DNA of 4,883 nucleotides from a virus (Duplodnaviria; Heunggongvirae; Uroviricota; Caudoviricetes): IMG/VR virus record IMGVR_UViG_2645727555_000008; one strand, 5' to 3'. Shown piece by piece: positions 1 to 4,883 of this stretch (position 1 is its first letter; each line of letters starts with the position of its first letter). The notes under the pieces were generated by a model. It saw only the letters and a program-made list of their open reading frames with translations, ran no database searches and was not told where the DNA came from. The position numbers and the translations under genes were made by a program.

Positions 1-1
1 G

Positions 2-93
2 TTCCGTTCATATGAGCAAAAGTGGTGTTGAAGAAACATCCGTTTTGTGATGTTTTTTTAATCTTTTTGGGGTTTTAATTCCTATCGATCAAG
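2..93. repeat. Left arm of perfect 92-bp inverted repeat
   Basis: Positions 2-93 are the exact reverse complement of 4792-4883 (checked base by base); match breaks at 94 (t) vs 4791 (t, complement a). The repeat reaches the window edge, so its outer extent is unknown. Contains a weak AT-rich hairpin (aaacatc 34-40 / gatgttt 50-56) followed by a T-run. Confidence 0.9.
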
Positions 94-240
94 TTTTATT
101 CTGGTTTCGTAGATCGGGCACTTCGCTGCTATACCGCAGATGTCACAAAGCAACTTCTGCTTATTCAGGTTGAAATTTGATTCGATAGTGTAGGAGCCGT
201 CTTCAAGACGACGAACCCAGCGCGTGCGTTTTAGATCCAT
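82..240 (-). CDS. Doubtful 52-aa basic Cys-containing peptide
   Basis: ATG (revcomp of 238-240) to TAG (82-84); translation MDLKRTRWVRRLEDGSYTIESNFNLNKQKLLCDICGIAAKCPIYETRIKLDR. No convincing Shine-Dalgarno; 3' end runs into the inverted repeat; below the ORF-track size cutoff. Confidence 0.2.
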   Translation of the reverse strand: MDLKRTRWVRRLEDGSYTIESNFNLNKQKLLCDICGIAAKCPIYETRIKLDR

Positions 241-318
241 ATGTCATTTTTCTGTGATTGTTAGCCGAGGCAACGATAACCCACCAGGTGCGCCGAAGGT
301 AGTAAATGCCTGTTTTAA

Positions 319-335
319 TTATTCACATATCCACA
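319..335 (+). promoter_or_regulatory. Two tandem DnaA boxes
   Basis: TTATTCACA (319-327) and ATATCCACA (327-335), each one mismatch from the TTATCCACA consensus, placed just outside the GATC cluster and iterons as in the P1 oriR layout. Confidence 0.6.
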
Positions 336-341
336 GGATAG

Positions 342-399
342 ATCCTAATAAAGAGATCCATAGATAGATCCTTGTATAGATCAAATAAGATCCCCGATC
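342..399. promoter_or_regulatory. GATC (Dam methylation) site cluster in AT-rich origin region
   Basis: Six GATC sites at 342, 354, 367, 379, 389 and 396 within 58 bp, mostly in repeated (T)AGATCC units; chance expectation is about one per 256 bp. P1-type origins carry clustered GATC repeats required for initiation. Confidence 0.7.
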
Positions 400-440
400 G
401 CTGTAAGCCGCGCCACGACTGGTCTGAAGCCATGTTCATG

Positions 441-541
441 TATGCTGTCAGCGGTAATTGATAGTCTGTCAACGGTTCGCCGTATGCTGCCAACTGTTTT
501 TGGTATGCTGCCAGCGGCAAATCAAGTATGCTGTCAGCGGT
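441..541 (+). repeat. Upstream iteron array (4 copies, incC-like)
   Basis: Direct repeats of the 15-bp core TATGCTGTCAGCGGT at 441-455, 483-497 (degenerate, TATGCTGCCAACTGT), 504-518 and 527-541; spacing 21-23 bp, with a half-iteron TGTCAACGGT at 466-475. Lies directly upstream of repA, so the repA promoter is probably embedded here. Confidence 0.85.
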
Positions 542-561
542 TGAATGACAAAGGTGTCCAC

Positions 562-1656
562 ATGTCCACAAAAAATAAAAAAGGTAAAAATAACAAAGAA
601 GTAGAAGATAATCTCGACAACTTTGAAGAAGGTTCCCTTGAATTGTACACAGGGGAACTTGTCCCTAATAGCAACAATACAGTCCAACCAATTGCGTTGA
701 TGCGGCTGGGATTGTTCGTGCCCACGCTCAAGGGGACAAAATACAGCAAGCGTAACAAGCCAAATGAGATCGATGCTTCAAAGGAGCTTGTTCAGCTCGA
801 AGTAGCCCGTTCTGAAGGCTATTCCGATATCAAGATAACCGGTCCTCGTCTCGACATGGATCATGATTTCAAAACGTGGGTGGGCGTTGTGCGTTCGCTG
901 GCAGAATACGGCGAACCTAACGGTCGTGTCGAGTTAAGCATCACGAAATTTGCGAAGTTTTGTGGCTATCCATCGTCACAGATCCGCAAAACACTCCGCG
1001 ACCGGCTTACAAACAGTCTTTTGAAGATCATGCGTACAACTCTGTCTTTCCAGAGAACGTATGAAGAAAAGAACGTCGACGGCTCTAACAAGATCTCGCT
1101 TCTGATGGTGCACCTCATCAATAGCGTGGACTACAACGAGCAGAAAGATACGGTGGTGTTCTATGCAGAACCGAAGCTGGCCGAACTATATCGCTTTGAC
1201 CATAAGGTTCTTTTGCAGTTAAAGGTTATCAATAAGCTACCACGCAAAGAAACAGCACAGGCTCTGTACACCTTCATCGAAAGTCTTCCAACCAAGCCTG
1301 CGCCGGTATCGCTTGCTCGATTGCGTGCGCGACTCAATTTGAGTAGCAGGAATGTAAGCTCGCAGAATCAGACTATACGTAACGGCTTAAAAGCTCTCCA
1401 AGATTTGGGCTATCTCGAATACAGCGAGATTAAGCGAGGGCGGTCGATCTATATCCAGATTCACAGCCGCAATCCAAAACTTAAAGTCGCACCGCCAAAA
1501 CCTGAAGACATCGAACCCAAAAAACCAGATGAGAAAGCCGGGGAAATTGATGCTAAACAGAACATTATCAACAAGATAACTGAACTTTCGCAGAATTTGA
1601 CGCCTGAAAATATCAAGATGATTGAGATCCTTTCCAATAGTCTCAAACTGCTTTGA
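562..1656 (+). CDS. repA: Plasmid replication initiator RepA, P1/RepFIB iteron-binding family (364 aa)
   Basis: Start ATG at 562 with SD AAGGTG 6 nt upstream; TGA at 1654-1656. From memory, motifs NSNNTVQPIALMRLGLFVP, KITGPRLDMDHDFKTW, LLQ and YTFIESLP...PLSLARLR...HSRNPKLK closely match phage P1 RepA. Flanked on both sides by iterons. The 404-aa track ORF from 442 is rejected because its upstream Met codons are the ATGs inside the iterons. Confidence 0.85.
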   Translation: MSTKNKKGKNNKEVEDNLDNFEEGSLELYTGELVPNSNNTVQPIALMRLGLFVPTLKGTKYSKRNKPNEIDASKELVQLEVARSEGYSDIKITGPRLDMDHDFKTWVGVVRSLAEYGEPNGRVELSITKFAKFCGYPSSQIRKTLRDRLTNSLLKIMRTTLSFQRTYEEKNVDGSNKISLLMVHLINSVDYNEQKDTVVFYAEPKLAELYRFDHKVLLQLKVINKLPRKETAQALYTFIESLPTKPAPVSLARLRARLNLSSRNVSSQNQTIRNGLKALQDLGYLEYSEIKRGRSIYIQIHSRNPKLKVAPPKPEDIEPKKPDEKAGEIDAKQNIINKITELSQNLTPENIKMIEILSNSLKLL

Positions 1657-1773
1657 TATGCTGTCAGCGGTGAAATGTATGCTATCAGCGGCTATTTTTC
1701 TGAAAAGTATGCTGTGAACGGTTAAAGATATGCTACCAGCGGTATAGTGAGATGAACGTATGCTGTGAGCGGT
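1657..1773 (+). repeat. Downstream iteron array I (5 copies, incA-like)
   Basis: TATGCTGTCAGCGGT-type repeats at 1657-1671, 1678-1692, 1708-1722, 1729-1743 and 1759-1773; spacing alternates 21 and 30 bp; first copy starts immediately after the repA stop codon. Confidence 0.85.
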
Positions 1774-1934
1774 AAATCATCTATCACCACTCAATGCTCT
1801 GTCATACCTCCCCAGTGGTTACTAACCTCGAAGAGTGCATTCCATATAGGTTTGCGCTCACTAACATTCTATTGCTATTGCGCTGATTGCTTGTAGTGAA
1901 AGGCATTTATTGCCTGCTACTCCCTGATAGAATG

Positions 1935-2188
1935 TATGCTGTCAGCGGTGTTTTATTGAGGAATTTTTGTTTGGATATGCTATCAGCGGTAATTAATGGC
2001 ATATGTCAGACCTTCGTATGCTGCCAGCGGTAATTTTGTTCTGGTTATACCCATACCGGTACACATTATTCATGCAATGTCTTAAGTATGCTGTCAGCGG
2101 TAAAAAATCGAGTAAAGTATGCTGTGAGCGGTGAGATAGACTCTCGATATGCTATCAGCGGCAGTTGATTGTGTATGCTGTCAGCGGT
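1935..2188 (+). repeat. Downstream iteron array II (7 copies)
   Basis: Repeats at 1935-1949, 1976-1990, 2017-2031, 2087-2101, 2118-2132, 2148-2162 and 2174-2188, all in the same orientation as the other arrays; spacings 41, 41, 70, 31, 30, 26 bp. Separated from array I by a 161-bp unique spacer. Confidence 0.85.
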
Positions 2189-2204
2189 GACGACTATGAA
2201 ATAT

Positions 2205-2226
2205 GACTGCGGAACGTGCCGCAGTC
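2205..2226. other. Perfect 8-bp-stem hairpin between iterons and the convergent - strand operon
   Basis: gactgcgg (2205-2212), loop aacgtg, ccgcagtc (2219-2226). No clean T-run on either strand, so a weak terminator or protein-binding palindrome at best. Confidence 0.3.
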
Positions 2227-2235
2227 AGTTTGCAT

Positions 2236-2448
2236 TTAGTGTATTTTCTTCAACAGACCCCAAAGTGTTCCGGCTTTTGTAGTCAGTTTTCCTGTTTCTG
2301 GATCGTACATACGCCATTCACGCCGCTGGTGGACGATATACCCATCTTCACGTTCCAGACGCTCAAGAATGCCAGGCTGCTTGAAACCCTTAGCACGCCA
2401 GTATCCGCTTGTTTTCTCGATTTCCAGACCTGCCAGTGTTAATGCCAT
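2236..2448 (-). CDS. Hypothetical 70-aa mildly basic protein
   Basis: ATG at 2446-2448 (revcomp) preceded by GGAGG 7 nt upstream; its ATG overlaps the TAA stop of the upstream 111-aa ORF (TAATG), implying translational coupling. Preferred over the opposite-strand ORF 2203..2442. Confidence 0.55.
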   Translation of the reverse strand: MALTLAGLEIEKTSGYWRAKGFKQPGILERLEREDGYIVHQRREWRMYDPETGKLTTKAGTLWGLLKKIH

Positions 2449-2783
2449 TATCCAACCTCCTTGCAGTCATCGAAAAGGTAGCTTTGCTGAGAAGCGTGAA
2501 CGCCATAGAAGCCCTTGTATTTGTTGTATACGAAGTGGTCTTCTCCGACGCCGGTTAATTTGCCATTACGGTTTGTGAGATATGGGGATGACAATACTCG
2601 ATCGTCACGCACAACATAGAACTGGTCGCCGCTGTCTACGACCATCGCTCCATATGGTGCTTTTATGACGTCGGTAAGAGCGCCATTCTTAACGTCGGCT
2701 ACAGACATTTCGCACTGATAAACAGTGGTGTCGGCCACAACGATCGAAGAAAGGAACAACAGCGCGAATGGGATGGCCTTCAT
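2448..2783 (-). CDS. Hypothetical 111-aa secreted protein (N-terminal signal peptide)
   Basis: N-terminus MKAIPFALLFLSSIVVA has a short n-region, hydrophobic core and VVA-type cleavage site; SD AGAGGTGG 6 nt upstream; start overlaps the stop of the upstream 59-aa ORF (ATGA). Confidence 0.65.
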   Translation of the reverse strand: MKAIPFALLFLSSIVVADTTVYQCEMSVADVKNGALTDVIKAPYGAMVVDSGDQFYVVRDDRVLSSPYLTNRNGKLTGVGEDHFVYNKYKGFYGVHASQQSYLFDDCKEVG

Positions 2784-2959
2784 GCTGCCACCTCTTTGAT
2801 TACATCAAATGCTGAATTAAATACGAGCACGATAGCCAAAGCGTTTATGACTACGTCGTTCACCGGGGAAAAGACTTTACGAATGACACCGGTGAAAATG
2901 CAGTCGATGACAAAAGCTATTGAAACGATGAGTAACAAGTATTCAATAAAAATCTTCAT
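2780..2959 (-). CDS. Hypothetical 59-aa hydrophobic membrane peptide
   Basis: Not in the ORF track (under 60 aa). Manual translation: MKIFIEYLLLIVSIAFVIDCIFTGVIRKVFSPVNDVVINALAIVLVFNSAFDVIKEVAA, with two hydrophobic stretches. Its TGA overlaps the ATG of the 111-aa ORF. No strong SD. Confidence 0.4.
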   Translation of the reverse strand: MKIFIEYLLLIVSIAFVIDCIFTGVIRKVFSPVNDVVINALAIVLVFNSAFDVIKEVAA

Positions 2960-2998
2960 GATAGGTAGATACTAACTTATATAAATTTTACTGTAAAC

Positions 2999-3274
2999 TC
3001 ACTCAAAAGTGCTGATGCTTAAAATACGCTCAAGATGTGCGGCATCTTCATCACTGATTTGTTGAGTCTCTTCTACGTACCAACAGTTGCCGTTATGCCA
3101 ACAAACACCATCATCATCAACCATCACTGAATCAGCGTCATGACCTGTATATTCAACGAGAACACGCTGGATCAGCGCGTCAGTTTCTTCGTCGTTAAGG
3201 CCATCGGCTTTGACCATAAAAAGCGGAAACACGTCATAGACAGTGCTGGTAACGATTCGAACTAAAACTCTCAT
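2999..3274 (-). CDS. Hypothetical 91-aa strongly acidic protein
   Basis: SD AAGGA about 8 nt upstream of ATG; hand count about 19 Asp+Glu vs 5 Lys+Arg, with runs such as DEETD, VDDDG and SDEDAA. Confidence 0.6.
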   Translation of the reverse strand: MRVLVRIVTSTVYDVFPLFMVKADGLNDEETDALIQRVLVEYTGHDADSVMVDDDGVCWHNGNCWYVEETQQISDEDAAHLERILSISTFE

Positions 3275-3329
3275 GTGTTTTTCCTTTTGTGGTTAGTGTT
3301 TACTTATTTTGTTAGTTATGAATAGGCGA

Positions 3330-3755
3330 TCAATCTTCTTGTTTAGGGAAAAACTGTTCAATAACTCTGTCAACGGCTGTGTCTATATGGAGTAGATGCC
3401 ACACAACCATATCTTTGCTTCCCATGCCTTGTGTGAATATCACGTCATACTTACGCCATGCGCAGTGGAACCAATATGCTGAGTCATCAATTGGTAAATC
3501 CTCTCCCGCCTCTTTGAAGTATTTCAGCAACATTGCCTGCTCTGCCGTTGGCGTTGGACCTATTTCCTGAGCGTACATACGGATGAATCGCTGCCAGTCT
3601 GTCTCGTCGGGGGTTGGATCTGGTGGATTCATTTCGGCGATAGCGTTTCGTAGCTGATGCGCCCAATCAGGTTCAGGAAAGCCTTTTGATACTTCATCAT
3701 CAATAACATCCAGAGCCGCGTTTGCAGCATCGTAGAGTTTCTTAATAGCTGTCAT
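3330..3755 (-). CDS. Hypothetical 141-aa acidic protein
   Basis: ORF begins just downstream of the terminator at 3804-3830, so likely its own transcription unit; hand count about 26 Asp+Glu vs 13 Lys+Arg; Pro/Asp-rich segment NPPDPTPDETD. Confidence 0.6.
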   Translation of the reverse strand: MTAIKKLYDAANAALDVIDDEVSKGFPEPDWAHQLRNAIAEMNPPDPTPDETDWQRFIRMYAQEIGPTPTAEQAMLLKYFKEAGEDLPIDDSAYWFHCAWRKYDVIFTQGMGSKDMVVWHLLHIDTAVDRVIEQFFPKQED

Positions 3756-3803
3756 ATTTTCTTGACCCTTTAAACAAATTGTTTTCTTAATAAGATAATT
3801 GCG

Positions 3804-3830
3804 ATAAAAAAGGCGTCCAACTGGACGCCT
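3804..3830 (-). terminator. Rho-independent terminator after the SPFH gene
   Basis: On the - strand transcript: 8-bp GC-rich stem (aggcgtcc 3811-3818 / ggacgcct 3823-3830), 4-nt loop, then a run of 7 U (complement of aaaaaaa 3804-3810), 13 nt past the SPFH stop codon. Confidence 0.6.
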
Positions 3831-3846
3831 GAACTTTTAAGGGGTG

Positions 3847-4677
3847 TTATTTCACTGTAATGAAAGGAGTGTTAGCCCCTTGAGTCATGTACTGCGGTAA
3901 CTGGCCATTCCATTTATTGATGGCTTCCAGCTCCATAACGTTCGGGTTTTGACGCAGAGCTTCACCGCGCAGACGAATGGCGTCTGCTTCTGCTTGCGCA
4001 CGAGCACGGATAGCATCAGCTTCACCATTAGCCTGTTCACGTAGCATATTCGCCTCAGCTTTACGCTGTTCAACTTCCTGCTGACGTTGCAGAGTACGCT
4101 GGTTAGCCGTTACTTTGGCGTTGATAGATTCAATGACGGTTTTTGGGTAATCAGGTTTTCCAACCCATGACAGGCTCAGTACCTCAATACCAACCGGAGA
4201 CATCTCTTTCTGAATATCTTTCAGTGCGTTGTCCAGCAATTGTGCCTTACCACCGTCGATAAATGAGTCAGTGGTCATACGGCTGGCCAAACGGTTTAGA
4301 GAGTCGGCAATTTTCTGACGCAGATCTGATTCGGTGATATCGTCTACGCCTTTGCGATAGGTCTGGAACACCGTCGTTACCTTGTCACGATTAACCAGAT
4401 ACGCAACGCCAATTTTGTGACCAATAGCAGTACCGTCACTCATCTGGAATGTGAACGGTTCGTCGTAGGTCTTCATTTGTTTGAAGGTCGGGAATACGTA
4501 AAGTTCGGTGTTAAGACCTGTCCATTGGCGACCAACGCCAACCACTTCACCAATCCCTTTGTCTTCACCTAATTTGTTTACTTTGATGCCAACGTATCCA
4601 GGCTCCACGCGATCACAGCCAGTAAGACCCATTGTGCAAATAGCCGCCAGAGCAACTGCAAGTAAACCTTTCTTCAT
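3847..4677 (-). CDS. SPFH/band-7 (HflK/HflC-like) family lipoprotein, 276 aa
   Basis: N-terminal signal peptide with lipobox (LAVALAAICTMGLTG-C); central region and Ala/Glu/Arg-rich C-terminal coiled coil (EADAIRARAQAEADAIRLRGEALRQNP) match SPFH architecture from memory; SD AAGGGG 9-12 nt upstream of ATG. Confidence 0.65.
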   Translation of the reverse strand: MKKGLLAVALAAICTMGLTGCDRVEPGYVGIKVNKLGEDKGIGEVVGVGRQWTGLNTELYVFPTFKQMKTYDEPFTFQMSDGTAIGHKIGVAYLVNRDKVTTVFQTYRKGVDDITESDLRQKIADSLNRLASRMTTDSFIDGGKAQLLDNALKDIQKEMSPVGIEVLSLSWVGKPDYPKTVIESINAKVTANQRTLQRQQEVEQRKAEANMLREQANGEADAIRARAQAEADAIRLRGEALRQNPNVMELEAINKWNGQLPQYMTQGANTPFITVK

Positions 4678-4680
4678 TAC

Positions 4681-4776
4681 TTATTTCCCCTTTGCTTTGA
4701 TTAATGAGTTGATAAACTTACGACCAGCAATAAGACCGATTACAGGAGCACCAAAACCAACGATAACTCCAAACAT
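4681..4776 (-). CDS. Possible 31-aa hydrophobic leader peptide coupled to the SPFH gene
   Basis: MFGVIVGFGAPVIGLIAGRKFINSLIKAKGK; its TAA lies 3 nt before the SPFH ATG and overlaps the SPFH ribosome-binding region. No good SD of its own; upstream sequence enters the inverted repeat. Confidence 0.3.
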   Translation of the reverse strand: MFGVIVGFGAPVIGLIAGRKFINSLIKAKGK

Positions 4777-4883
4777 GACGGCTAAATCACTCTTGATCGA
4801 TAGGAATTAAAACCCCAAAAAGATTAAAAAAACATCACAAAACGGATGTTTCTTCAACACCACTTTTGCTCATATGAACGGAA

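Noticed and set aside
442-561. N-terminal 40 aa of the 404-aa track ORF as part of RepA
   Set aside because: The region is made of iterons, and its Met codons are the ATGs inside the TATGCTG iteron cores. The ATG at 562 has a proper SD and begins the conserved protein.
323-758. Track ORFs 323..571(-), 469..687(-) and 534..758(-)
   Set aside because: They are antisense to the origin, iterons and repA N-terminus, have no ribosome-binding sites, and two are merely open through repetitive or lysine-codon-rich sequence. Shadow ORFs.
1461-1646. Track ORF 1461..1646(-), 61 aa
   Set aside because: It lies entirely inside repA on the opposite strand and is an artefact of the low-complexity Pro/Lys/Glu-coding tail.
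441-2188. CRISPR array as the explanation for the 16 direct repeats
   Set aside because: Repeat core is only 15-19 bp, spacings are irregular (6-55 bp), the repeats flank a Rep gene on both sides, and no cas genes or leader are present. This is iteron organisation.
2201-2216. Seventeenth degenerate iteron ATATGACTGCGGAACG
   Set aside because: Too diverged from the TATGCTGTCAGCGGT core (several mismatches) and better explained as one arm of the 2205-2226 hairpin.
2447-2455. Third DnaA box TTATCCAAC
   Set aside because: Two mismatches from consensus, inside coding sequence at the 70/111-aa gene junction, far from the origin; likely chance.
2203-2578. Track ORFs 2203..2442(+) and 2369..2578(+)
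   Set aside because: They oppose the - strand ORFs, which have strong SDs (GGAGG, AGAGGTGG) and stop-start coupling. The + strand ORFs lack ribosome-binding sites, and 2203..2442 starts inside the hairpin.
3379-3570. Track ORF 3379..3570(+), 63 aa
   Set aside because: Embedded antisense in the 141-aa acidic gene, with no SD.
3885-4810. Track ORFs 3885..4073(-) and 4508..4810(+)
   Set aside because: Both overlap the SPFH lipoprotein gene out of frame or antisense. The SPFH frame has a signal peptide, lipobox, SD and terminator; these have none.
1-4883. Terminal inverted repeats as protelomerase telomere sites of an N15-like linear phage-plasmid
   Set aside because: The arms do not resemble the N15 telRL palindrome as I recall it, no protelomerase is present, and the replicon is P1/RepFIB-type. 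Cannot be fully excluded without flanking sequence.
1-4883. The window as a transposon bounded by terminal inverted repeats
   Set aside because: No transposase or resolvase ORF in any frame, the arms do not match IS or Tn ends I know, and the repeat seems to continue past the window edge rather than ending at a defined terminus.

Overview
This 4,883-bp window is a plasmid (or phage-plasmid) replication module with an adjacent block of small accessory genes, bracketed by a perfect 92-bp inverted repeat (2-93 vs 4792-4883) that runs to the window edge. The + strand carries a P1/RepFIB-type iteron replicon: two tandem DnaA boxes (319-335), six GATC sites in 58 bp (342-399), a GC-rich spacer, four upstream iterons (441-541, core TATGCTGTCAGCGGT), repA (562-1656) and twelve further iterons in two arrays (1657-1773, 1935-2188). 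The ORF-track start at 442 is an artefact of ATGs inside the iterons. All other genes are on the - strand and point toward the replicon: a 31-aa hydrophobic peptide coupled to an SPFH/band-7 lipoprotein, a rho-independent terminator, two strongly acidic proteins (141 and 91 aa), and a translationally coupled trio (59-aa membrane peptide, 111-aa secreted protein, 70-aa mildly basic protein). No transposase, integrase, partition genes, tRNA, rRNA or CRISPR is visible. Function of the accessory genes could not be assigned from sequence alone; those calls rest on composition and motifs and need database searches. The most unusual points are the terminal inverted repeat and the uncharacterised small-protein operons beside the origin.
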